Shown: in pieces, positions 30,905 to 40,900 of the stretch
Position numbering within the stretch: position 1 is the first letter of the stretch
Layout of the letters: each line of letters opens with the position of its first letter
Assembly: GCA_013416795.1 (NCBI GenBank)
Contig: RQSC01001135.1
Location: forward strand, 106,410-164,600
DNA: 58,191 bases
Reading direction: 5' to 3'
Source of the DNA: Prasinococcaceae sp. CCMP 1430
Lineage: Eukaryota > Plantae > Prasinodermophyta
Notes under the pieces: generated by a model
The model's input: the letters and a program-made list of their open reading frames with translations, nothing else
What the model was told of the DNA's origin: nothing
Database searches by the model: none
Position numbers and translations under genes: made by a program

Positions 30905-31418
30905 CCGTAAATACGACATGTGCTGATGGTGTTTCCCGTGGTGTAGCATGTCCTTTGTTTCAGATTGTCGCGTGCGGTTTCGGGTTCCGTTCGCCGTCCC
31001 GGCCTTACCGCTGTTGCGCGCGCGGCACAGCCACACGCACACGAGCCCGGCAGCGGCGGCGCGCCGCGGCGGCCGCGGCAGCCTCGCTCCCGTCCCGCTC
31101 TAAGATCGAGCCAGCGCCGGCGTCGTGCGACAAAGAGGTTCGGCACCAGCCAGCCGGATCCACTACCATCCAGCCCCGCCTCCGACCGGACCCGGACCCG
31201 ACCGAGTGAGATGCTCTTCTGGCAGGCTGGACTGGACTGGCCGCGGCACATGCACGCAAACCCGCACGCCCACACGCCGACACCCCCCACCCACGCCCCC
31301 ACGCCCACGCGATGCGACACACACACCCAATTGACGCACAAACAAAACCGTCGAATGCGTGTGAAGCACCCCCATCCCCCACCTCTTACCAACCAAACGC
31401 CACGGCGACGAAGGGAAG

Positions 31419-31692
31419 GAAGCCCAATATCAAATGCAATGGGAAAACGCATGCTTCTCCGGAGAATATTACAGTACGGACTTTGAGTACGGTACGCACT
31501 TAGGACGAAAGAAGCCCCGTATCAAATGCAATGGGAAACGCACGCTTCTGCGGAGAATATTACAGTTAGTACGGACTTTGAGTGCGGTACGTACGTATGA
31601 GCAAAGAAGCCCCACATCAAATGCAATGGGAAAACGCATGCTTCTGCGGAGCATATTACGTACTTTACGTGCGGTATGTATGTGCTTCTTTG
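31419..31692. repeat. Three degenerate tandem copies of a 92-95 bp unit (starts 31419, 31511, 31606)
   Basis: Unit core GAAGCCC(c/a)xxATCAAATGCAATGGGAAA(A)CGCAyGCTTCTsCGGAGmATATTAC, followed by a homologous GTACGGACTTTGAGT-type segment. Confidence 0.9.
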
Positions 31693-31862
31693 TGCTGTGG
31701 TGTGCCGAAGTGGTGCATCCGTGTGCGGGTCGGGTGCGCGTGTGGGCGGCGGCCACACACTGCGCGCGCGCGGCAGAGGCGGGGGGGGTCGTCGGCGAGT
31801 GAGGGTTAGCGCGCCCGCTGCGCATCGGCGCGTTTGGCAGCGTGGCGCGCAATAGCACGCAC

Positions 31863-32418
31863 CTTTGGCGTCTTTCTGTATCGCAGAATTGTCCTCCGCT
31901 GCGTCTGCGGCAGCTTGCGCGTCCGCGTGCGCCGCCTCAACCTCCTCGAGTGCTTCCAGCGCGCGTGCGCGGCGCATGAGCACCTTGGGCGCGCCTGGCG
32001 CTAGCCGCAGGCTCGCGTCGCAGTCGTCACGTGCGGTGCGCGCGTCCCCTGCCTGCAGCGCGGCCGCCGCCCGGTTCGCATGGTACACGGCACGCGCGGC
32101 CGCGAGCGCCGCCGCGCCTGCCCCGCGCGCAGCGGGAGCAGCGGCGAGCGCTGCGCTGTACCGCTCGCGCGCGCCCGCAAAGTCGCCCTGAACGACGCGT
32201 GGGCGCGTGCGTGCGTGTGTCAGCACGTGAGATCGATTGCGGCCATCGACATGTGCGGACGCGCCCGAGTGCACAAGACTCCGCGACGCGCATCGCCTGC
32301 CGCGCCGTCGCGCGCGCGGGGGAGTGCCAGCGCGCGCACTTCGGTGTACGCAGGCGCCCACGCACCGACTTGAAGAGAGCGTTGCCCTCCGCTTTGAGCG
32401 CGTCCGCCTCGGCGATGC
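31863..32418 (-). CDS. TPR-repeat protein (TTC1-like), both ends incomplete; exons >32418..32366 and 32187..31863
   Basis: ADALKAEGNALFKS/GDFAGARERYSAAL; AVYHANRAAAAL; ARDDCDASLRLAP..KVLMRRARALEALE. The 5' end is cut at the single N 32419. Confidence 0.85.
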
Positions 32419-32470
32419 NTCGCGCCGGACGCGCGCTGACGCCCCGCGCCGCGCGGCGCCGGCGCCGCAG

Positions 32471-33061
32471 GTGCTCAAGCGCGCGATGGAGCGCCGCCCG
32501 GCGATGGGGCTGCAGAACGTGATGCGGGTGTACAACGCCGCGCAGGTGGTGGTCAACGCGTACATCGTGTGGCTGCTGTCGGGGGAGCACATGCTCCCAA
32601 ACCTCTTCGGCATCAACAAGCCGTACAGCGACGGCACGCGGTACGCCGTCTTCCTCCACTACTGCTGCAAGTTCGTGGACTTCCTCGACACGGTGTTCAT
32701 CCTGCTGCGCAAGAAGGACGCGCAGTTCTCCTTCCTGCACGTGTACCACCACTCGACCATCGGCATCATGTGGGGCTTCCTGCTCAACATCGGCCACGGC
32801 AACGGCTCGGCGTCGTTCGGCGCGTGGATCAACTCGCTGGTGCACGTCGTCATGTACTCGCACTACTTTTACACGTCCTTCGGCTTCAAGAACCCACTCA
32901 AGCCCCTGATCACCAAGTTCCAGATCGTGCAGTTCTACCTGTGCCTCTTGCACGTGCTGGTGTTTCTCGCCATGGAAACGGTCGTGCCCACGCAGCTCGG
33001 CTACTTGCAGTTCGCCTACCACGTCACGATGGTTGGCCTCTTCACGCAGTTCTACAAGAAG
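32471..33061 (+). CDS. ELO/GNS1-family fatty acid elongase (PUFA-elongase-like), internal exon; 5' exon lost at N 32419, 3' exon unresolved
   Basis: YNAAQV; KFVDFLDTVFILLRKK; FSFLHVYHH; NSLVHVVMYSHY; ITKFQIVQF; LFTQFYKK. Acceptor gccgcAG at 32470, donor GTGCGC at 33062. Confidence 0.93.
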
Positions 33062-33414
33062 GTGCGCGAGCGCCGCCGCTCGCCCGCCCGCGCCCCCTTC
33101 GGTCAGCGCGCCCGCGCCCGCGTCCAGCCGCGCGGGCCACATGGCATCCATGAAACCACGCCAGGCCGTCGACGACATGCGGACAGCCGCGCTGGCTGCG
33201 CGCGGTGGGCGACAGCCCGCCGCTGGCACCAACAGTGCATCAGCAGCATCTCATGCCTTGCAGTAATATGAATGACCCGCATTTGGGATTGGTCGCAGCG
33301 CCTCGCTCAAAATCGATCGCTTACTCCGGCAGCAGGTCTCGGCTGCTCTATCATCCGCCCCCGGCACGCGCCGACGCTGCGCCGCCAGGTGCGGTCCGGA
33401 CCTGCGCGTCATCG

Positions 33415-36399
33415 CTATATAAGGCTGTCCTGCGGCGGCGGCTTGGGTGGGGGTGCCCGCGGTTTTGCGGGCGCTGGGCGCGGCGCCGACCGCTGCGGCA
33501 CCGGCCGAGAGGGCCTGTTGCTCGCGGGCGCTGGAACCCCTCCCCTCGCCGAATTCGGCACCTTCTTCTTCGCGGCGCTCGCCATGCTAGGACCGCCCAT
33601 CGGCGCGCCCATCGGGGGGGCGCCTCCTCCCGCACCCACAGCAGCCGCCGGTGGCTGAGGCCGGGGCTGTGTGGGCAGGGACGACACTGGCTGCTGCCCA
33701 GGTCTTTGCGTGGACGCCGGGCGCATCGCTGCGAATGGCTGCTCCGTGACGGGCGCTCGCGTCGCCGCCAGCGGCGGTTGCTTTTGAGCCGCGTTGACGA
33801 CGGGATTGTTGGCCGCCCTTCTGGCCGGCACCGGCGCCGGTGCCAGTGCCGACTCGCTGGCACCCACTTGTGGCCCGAAGATGTCATCGATGGCATGGCC
33901 GCCCCCCCAGGCAGAGCCGGCGGGCTTCGGGGCGCTGCCCGTTGCTCCCGCGCGGCGTGCACCCGAGGCGACCGGCACGGACGCTGCTGCTGCTGCTGGC
34001 GCTGGCGCTGCTGCTGGCGGCGCTGCTGACGGGTGCGTCCTGCCCATCGGAGCTGGTGCAGCCGATCGCGCGGCACCTGGCGTTCGCATTTTTGTAGCGG
34101 GCATTGGTGCGGGAGGGACGCGCATCGGATGCTGCTCGGGGCCTGCGCTCGTCACACCCAGCTTGTCGTTCGCAGCAGCACCGCTGCTTCGCGCCGGTGC
34201 TCCATTGTTGGGGCCCGTCACGATGCCCATGCGCTCTTCTCTCGCAGCGTCTTCGAGCCTGGCGCTTTCGCGGCGCGTGAAGGCGACGCCGTTCTCATCG
34301 CCCCTACCGCCTCCGAGTCCGCCGCGCTTGAACGCGTCGCCAAACACCGCCTTTTCCTCGCGCTCGCGGGCGTGTGCGAAGAGCGCGCGCGCGGCAGTGC
34401 GCGCCGCACGCAGCGGCGGCAGCGCTGCCGCGACCTGCTCGCGGCGCGCGTCCCAGCCCGGGCTCTCCTTTGCCCAACTCTCGAGCGCGCTGCGCTCGCC
34501 GACGCCGCCCTCGCCCGCCACGCGCTCGTCGGTGGCCTTGCACATTTCCTTGAAAAGGCGGCTCATCAGCTCGGTCTTGACGGGCTCGAGCATGAAGAAG
34601 ACGATGACCTTTGGGATCGAGTGCAGCAGCACTGCGGCAGTGTGGTCCATGTACGCGCGCCCGGTCTCGGCTACGTGGTCTATGACCTCGCCGCCGTAGA
34701 GCGACTCGGCGTGACTTCCGTACATGAATTCTTCGCGCTCCGCGGCTCCCATGTTGGAGGGCATCGCCCAGCCACGCGACTGCGCGTACGCCTGAGCGTC
34801 CGCCGCGCGTTGATCCTCGTCCCCTGACTGGCCCTCGGCGCCACCGACCGCACCCGCGGCCGACTCTTCACTGGCACTGCCCACGCGCGCTGCGGCCGGA
34901 TTGAGGTCCACGCCCACCGCGCCGAGCCTGGTGAGCCATTCGCGCTTCTGCTGGGCACTTTCGGCTCGCAGAATGACTCGGCTGTGGCGGCCGCCCACAG
35001 TTGCGTGCTCGTCTTTCGGCGACAGCGCGACCATACATTCGGTGCCAGCGTACGCTTGCCGAGACTCCTCGCTTTCTGCCATGTCGGTGACAACGACCTG
35101 AGACATGTCAATCTCGCCACGCACGGCCGTCGCCCTCTGGTCGGAAAAATACCACAGCGTGCGGCGCTGCTCGTCCAGAACGAAGTAGCGCCGCTGCCAG
35201 CTCTCGCGGCTGACCAGCGCGCTCTCCTTCTCCGTGTGCTTCGAGAGGTATCCCGCGAGTTGAGAGCCTGCCATTGTCGCGCGCCGAGCGAGCTCGCGCT
35301 TCGTGGTGTCTTCGAACGCCGCTTCGTCTTCCTCCACGGACAGGCCGGCGAGTACATCGTCATCGTAGGAGGTACGAGCGGTGCGACGTGCGCCGCTCCT
35401 TGCGCTCCCGTCGTCGTCGGAGTCCGCGTCCGCGTCAACAGACAGGCGCGAGCTCTGAGATCGGCGAAGCTCGCCATTCGCGCCCCGTGCGAGCAGGCGG
35501 CGCTCTGCGGCGCTAGTGACCTGCAGGGGCCGCGTGCGGAAGAAGCGCGGTGTCGGGTATTTGCGATGCGCCGCAATCATGGCATGCAACATCTTCGACG
35601 CGCGCGCTTTGTGCTCGTCGAGCGAGGCCAGCGCTGCGGCACTGAGCCGCGCGTGTGCGTGCGGGTACCTGCGCAGCACACCGCTACCGGAGGCGTCCTC
35701 GTCGAGCGCGGATCCCGCACCGCCGCCGCCGCCCGCCACTTCGGCGCCTTGGCGCGCACTCGCCGCCCCGGAGGACGTGTTCCCACCGGCACCGAGCGCT
35801 CCGAAAGCCGCCGCCACTGCAGCGTGCACCGCCTCGAGGCACGCCTCTGCAGGCTCGGCGAAGAGCCCCACCGCGTCGTCGACCAGCTGGCGCAACGCGC
35901 CCTCTGGGCTCACGAGGAAGGGTTGCACGCCATCCCCCCTCGCGACAGCATCCCTCACGGCGTCGCGGCTGAAGAACCTGTCCGCCAGCGGTAGCGCTGC
36001 CACCGCGGCTGGCAACGCGCTGTCGAACGCGCGCATGATGGCAGCGGCGCCTGCGCCCGAGTCGAGCACGCGCAGCAGCCGATCGGAGAACTCGCGGCAG
36101 AGCTCGACGGCGAGCATGCTCGGGGTCACCTCAACTTTCGGCACGTCGCCGCTGTCCGACTCGGAGTCGGCTCCTCCTCCTCCGCTCCCGATGCGCCCCT
36201 GCCGGCGCAACTCCTCGTGGCGCGACTCAGCCTTTCGCTGCAGCACGCCCAGCGCGTCGCCAGGCAGGCGCGTGGCCAGGCTGGCGGCCTCCTCCTCGAG
36301 CGCGCGCTCTGCCGCAGCGAGTGCGTCGCCGAGCGCCGTCACGTCCTCCGTCGAGCTCACTGCAATCGATGGCCCGGCAAACGCAGTCACGCACCCCAA
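33415..36399 (-). CDS. DRP2: Plant DRP2-type (classical) dynamin: middle, PH, GED and proline-rich domains; most of the GTPase domain is missing
   Basis: LAVELCREFSDR; GDGVQPFLVSPEGALR; LRRYP..LDEHKARASKMLHAMI..PTPRFFR; PH domain LAGYLSKH..WQRRYFVLDE; GED IPKVIVFFMLEPVKTELMSRL; Pro-rich tail. No GxxxxGKS P-loop in the window. Confidence 0.88.
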   Translation of the reverse strand: MGCVTAFAGPSIAVSSTEDVTALGDALAAAERALEEEAASLATRLPGDALGVLQRKAESRHEELRRQGRIGSGGGGADSESDSGDVPKVEVTPSMLAVELCREFSDRLLRVLDSGAGAAAIMRAFDSALPAAVAALPLADRFFSRDAVRDAVARGDGVQPFLVSPEGALRQLVDDAVGLFAEPAEACLEAVHAAVAAAFGALGAGGNTSSGAASARQGAEVAGGGGGAGSALDEDASGSGVLRRYPHAHARLSAAALASLDEHKARASKMLHAMIAAHRKYPTPRFFRTRPLQVTSAAERRLLARGANGELRRSQSSRLSVDADADSDDDGSARSGARRTARTSYDDDVLAGLSVEEDEAAFEDTTKRELARRATMAGSQLAGYLSKHTEKESALVSRESWQRRYFVLDEQRRTLWYFSDQRATAVRGEIDMSQVVVTDMAESEESRQAYAGTECMVALSPKDEHATVGGRHSRVILRAESAQQKREWLTRLGAVGVDLNPAAARVGSASEESAAGAVGGAEGQSGDEDQRAADAQAYAQSRGWAMPSNMGAAEREEFMYGSHAESLYGGEVIDHVAETGRAYMDHTAAVLLHSIPKVIVFFMLEPVKTELMSRLFKEMCKATDERVAGEGGVGERSALESWAKESPGWDARREQVAAALPPLRAARTAARALFAHAREREEKAVFGDAFKRGGLGGGRGDENGVAFTRRESARLEDAAREERMGIVTGPNNGAPARSSGAAANDKLGVTSAGPEQHPMRVPPAPMPATKMRTPGAARSAAPAPMGRTHPSAAPPAAAPAPAAAAASVPVASGARRAGATGSAPKPAGSAWGGGHAIDDIFGPQVGASESALAPAPVPARRAANNPVVNAAQKQPPLAATRAPVTEQPFAAMRPASTQRPGQQPVSSLPTQPRPQPPAAAVGAGGGAPPMGAPMGGPSMASAAKKKVPNSARGGVPAPASNRPSRPVPQRSAPRPAPAKPRAPPPKPPPQDSLI

Positions 36400-36753
36400 C
36401 GCGTTGCGCGCAGCATCGGCCGAGCGCGTCGGCCGGTGTCCGCCCGCGCGGCGAGCGCGGAATGGATTCGTGGGGCGGCGCAGGCTCGTCAGCGCACGCG
36501 CACGAGCGGCCCAGGAGCGCGATCTCGCGCATGTGGCACGATCATCTCCATAACGTACGATGGGCGCGCACTAACACTCGGCCTCGCGGCAGCCGAGTGT
36601 AGGCACGCCGGCGCGCGATCGGGGTCGCACCTACGCCTGCCTCGCCGCCGACTCCTGCGAGCGCCCTCTCGAGCAGCTGCTCGATGGGCCGCGCGGGCAG
36701 CGCCGACCTCGGCAGCAGGCCTGCGCCGCGCGCGCGCGCCGCCACGGCAGCCN

Positions 36754-37399
36754 CGAACAGGAGAACGCGCGGCTGAAGAGCATGCTGGAGCGCTTCACCA
36801 ACCCGATTCACGAGGACCCGGACGATGATCCCGCCGACAGCGAGCAAGTCATGCCGCTGCTGTCTGAGACGAAGGACGACGACGACGAGGCCCTTTAGGA
36901 GCGTGCGCCTGGCGCAGGAGCGTGCGCCCGCCGCGGGACCCAGGGCACCCTGGCCGCGGCCAGCGCCCGCCGCTCCGCCATCTATGTACGTGTTTGTCGC
37001 ACGCGGTGCTACAGTAACGGCCCACCGCCTCTGCCTTCGTGTGACTCGCTCTCCCGGGCCGGGCGCCGGCGCCGGCGCCGGCGCCGGCGCCCGGCCCGGG
37101 AGAGCGAGTCACACGAAGGCAGAGGCGGTGGGCCGTTACTGTAGCACCGCGTGCGACAAACACGTACATAGATGGCGGAGCGGCGGGCGCTGGCCGCGGC
37201 CAGGGTGCCCTGGGTCCCGCGGCGGGCGCACGCTCCTGCGCCAGGCGCACGCTCCTAAAGGGCCTCGTCGTCGTCGTCCTTCGTCTCAGACAGCAGCGGC
37301 ATGACTTGCTCGCTGTCGGCGGGATCATCGTCCGGGTCCTCGTGAATCGGGTTGGTGAAGCGCTCCAGCATGCTCTTCAGCCGCGCGTTCTCCTGTTCG
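36754..37399. repeat. Perfect 646-bp palindrome (323-bp arms, no spacer, centre 37076/37077 in a (GGCGCC)n run)
   Basis: The left arm is the reverse complement of 37077..37399. The ORF track shows identical 159-aa ORFs on both strands (36825..37304 + and 36849..37328 -). It starts immediately after single N 36753. Confidence 0.95.
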
Positions 37400-37800
37400 A
37401 GCGCCACAGACCTGTTCGCGAGGTCCTTGATCAAGGATTTCCACTCGAAGGGGCTCCCGCCCCCGCCAGTGCCACCCGACCTGCCCGCCCTCAACACGGC
37501 GCTCTGCATGCGGCGCATCTTGCCCCAGCCGCTGAGCTTTGCCCCGCCTTCCTCTTCATCGTCGAGCCTGTGCGCTGTGCTCAACTGCCTCATCATCTTC
37601 GACTTGCCCGAAAGCAGGTTGAGCAAGTCACGAGTGCTCTTGAAGACGTTGAAATGGAAGTACTTCCACGCCACGAGCAGCGCGATGGCGATGAAGGCAA
37701 CCGAGCCGGTCACGATGCCTGCGACCACCTCGGTGTCCAACGTTTCGGTGGTCGTGTTGACGAACACAGTGATGTTGGGAGGGGCGGGGGCTGGCGGCAT
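37255..37800 (-). CDS. Single-pass TM segment + cytoplasmic coiled-coil/acidic tail, probably the C-terminus of the giant fibrocystin-like gene
   Basis: VVAGIVTGSVAFIAIALLVAW-KYFH (TM plus basic stop-transfer); LANRSVALEQENARLKSML. Pro-rich start continuous in style with the upstream SPPP region; the join to the upstream ORF is unresolved. Confidence 0.7.
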   Translation of the reverse strand: MPPAPAPPNITVFVNTTTETLDTEVVAGIVTGSVAFIAIALLVAWKYFHFNVFKSTRDLLNLLSGKSKMMRQLSTAHRLDDEEEGGAKLSGWGKMRRMQSAVLRAGRSGGTGGGGSPFEWKSLIKDLANRSVALEQENARLKSMLERFTNPIHEDPDDDPADSEQVMPLLSETKDDDDEAL

Positions 37801-37852
37801 GCTCGGCGGTGCGCTAGCATCGCACTACTTCAAAGTCGCTTGTTGGCCGCCG

Positions 37853-37868
37853 TCATGTACGTCGAGAA

Positions 37869-37900
<32 letters not shown>

Positions 37901-40900
37901 GCTCGGCGGTCTCGGCGGCGGCGGCGGCGCCTCGGTGGCGACGTCCGCGCTCAGGTGCTCGAAGTACGCCGCCGCGGCGCCAGCAGCCGAACCGCCCGCA
38001 CAGATCTCGTACCTGCACGAGTCGGCCCAGGCGTCCAGGCTGTCGACGAGGGAGCTCCATCCGCGGGCGCGCTCCTGCGTGCAGGCCAGGTCGGCGGCTT
38101 CGGCCCTGTTGGATCCGCAGACGTCTCGGGCGGCAACCGCAGGGGTCACCGCCCTGTCGGCGTCGCCGTCCGCCCCTGGCGGGCACCATCCGCCCGCCGA
38201 GGGGGAAGCGGCCGGCTCCCACGCGGCAGCCAGGCCGCTGCACATGCCCGCGTCGTCGACCCCCAAAGGGAGCGCCAGGCGAGTCGTCAGCCTTCCGTCG
38301 TGGTTGACGATCACGACGTGACCCTCGTAGGCGTCCTCGACGATAAGCATGGGCGGAAGCTCCGACGACGCGTCGTAGGATGAGTCCAACGTCCAGAGGG
38401 CGTGCGTGCCGGGCCACACGACGGTGGTGTCGTCGTTGGGCTCCAGCGCGCCGCCATCGGGGAGGGTCACGGAGAGACCGCCCGTACCGTCGGCGTCCAC
38501 CTGCAGGGCGCCAGGGAATTCGGCGTCGAAGACGCGCACGGAGGTGACCACGCCGTCCGCGACGCACGCGCGCACGGCGGTCTTGACGGTGCTCCACAGC
38601 TCGAACTCACCGGCGATGCCAGGCGCGACCGAGGGCGCAGCGCCGTCCACGAGCAGCTGCGCGTTGCCGAAGAGCGAGCACACGGTCGACCGGGGGCGTG
38701 ACGCGTAATTCACCACGCGCGCGGCGACGAGCTGGAAGTTGTAGTCCAAGGTCTCGCCTGTCAGGGTGTTATGCGTGCTGATGGTGTAGCGGGTCGCCTC
38801 ACCGAAGGTGGACGAAACGTTGAGGTCGATCGGGACGCCGCTGTAGACCTCCTGGCTTTCGTCGCTCTGCGCGAGCGAAAGCGCTCGCGCGCGCCGCGCA
38901 CCGGCCTCGCCACCGGTGTGAAAGATCACCGTCGCAATGATGTGCGGGGGGAGGTCGAGCGTGACCTGGAAGCTCTCGCCAGCGTTGGGCATCGCCACCG
39001 AATAGTTGTAAACCTCCGGGGTGAAGGGCGGGTGCACCACGGGATCCTCCTCGTACGGCTCGGCGCTAGCCCGCGGGGGCGGGAGAAATCCGATGCTGAA
39101 TCCGTACTCCTCGAGCATCTCGTCGGCCGATGGCGCGAACGACGAGGCAAAGCTGAGCTTGTTGATCGTAATCTCCACCGGGGGCGGCGGTGGGCTCGGC
39201 GGCGGCGGGCTCGGCGGTGGCGGGCTCGGCGGGCTCGGCGGCGGTGGCGGGCTCGGCGGCGGCGGAGGACTTGGCGGGCTCGGTGGCGGTGGCGGCGGCG
39301 GGCTCGGTGGCGGCGGGGCGAACGCCGAGGTGGCGACCGTGAGGGAGTCTACCTCGTCTCCAATTTTGAGCGACACGCGCAGGGTCTCGCCCCAGAACCG
39401 CGCCCTGAGCCGCACACGCACCCGATCGCCCTTCTCCACAAGCTCCCCCGAGCTGCTGATCGCCACGAAGGCACCCGCTCCGCTCCGCTGGACCTCCATG
39501 TATGCCTCGCGCTCCTCGGGCGCCGGGCCCATGCCGGACAAGCCCAAGTGAAGCGACGCCGTGACCCGCGCCCCAGCCGTGGCGGGCTTGACCTTGATAC
39601 TCTCAGATGTCATCCACTCGTACGCGACGGCCTTGGTCCAGCTGTCGCCCAGCTCGAAGGGGGCGACGTCCGTCAAGGGTGGCGGGCTCGGCGGTGGTGG
39701 CGGGCTCGGCGGCGGCGGGCTCGGCGGCGGCGAGGGGCTCGGCGGCGGCGGGCTCGGNNNNNNNNNNNNNNNNNNNNNNNNNNNNNNNNNNNNNNNNNNN
39801 NNNNNNNNNNNNNNNNNNNNNNNNNNNNNNNNNNNNNNNNNNNNNNNNNNNNNNNNNNNNNNNNNNNNNNNNNNNNNNNNNNNNNNNNNNNNNNNNNNNN
39901 NNNNNNNNNNNNNNNNNNNNNNNNNNNNNNNNNNNNNNNNNNNNNNNNNNNNNNNNNNNNNNNNNNNNNNNNNNNNNNNNNNNNNNNNNCGGGCTCGGCG
40001 GCGGTGGAGGCGGCGGTGGCGGCGGCGGGCTCGGCGGGCTCGGCGGCGGCGGGCTGCACGTCATGGGGCTGCCGGGTGACGTGCATGGCGCCGGCGGCGG
40101 GCTGGGCGGTGACGGGGGCGGCGGGCTCGGAATGGCATCAGCGAGCACCATGCACGTGCCCTCGTCGAAGTCGCCCAGGCTCGACGCCTGGCGAACGCAC
40201 TGCGTGGTCACCGTGTACGCGTCCAAGATGTGTTGCCCGTCCCCAAGCGCGAGGGTCTCGTCGAAATCGCAGGCGCCCGTCTCATTGACGCCAGTCTGAT
40301 TGGCGCACCAGTCGAACGCGTCCTGATTGGTTCCGTCCAGCGGGATGACGTGCGGGCAGTCGGCCGAAGACACCTGGGTTAGCTCCTGGCCGCAGTCGGG
40401 GTCCCAAATGCCACAGTCGCAATTGCACGTGGTGCCATCCTCGTAGAGGTCAGCATCGCAGAGCCACTCGACCGGAACGTTCGACAGCTCGGTGCCCACT
40501 TCGAGCACCGCACTCTCATCGATCCCTTCCACGTTCGCCACGAGCGCACCCGGATCCGAAGCGATGGCCGTGTTGAAGACCTCCATGGCCTCGGCCAGGT
40601 CCTCGTACGCAGCGTCCGCTGCCTCGCTCTCGGCTTCGATGAGCTCGCTTTCGGTCGTGTCCGAGACGTCCACGATGGTCGTGGACTCTTCCTCGTCGAT
40701 GGCGAAATCGATCGAGATCCCCTCCTCGTCCTCGGCAAGCATGCGATACACCCTGTGGAACCCCATGAGCCGCCGCCGCGAGTGGGTGTCGATGTTGTTT
40801 GGGTCCCGCTGGCTCACGCCCACGATGCGGATGCGCGACCTCGGGACGTTCATGAGCAGCGCGATGTTGCTCACGAGGCCCTCCTCTCCGGTCGCATAGA

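Noticed and set aside
31419-31692. CRISPR-like array
   Set aside because: The inter-repeat segments are homologous to each other rather than unique spacers, the unit is 92-95 bp, there are no cas genes, and the context is eukaryotic.
32027-33232. Minus-strand 401-aa ORF over the elongase
   Set aside because: Antisense shadow; only its last codons near 32366-32418 belong to the TPR gene.
36825-37328. Identical 159-aa ORFs on opposite strands as a duplicated gene pair
   Set aside because: They are a by-product of the palindrome, in a shadow frame over a CDS end and 3' UTR.
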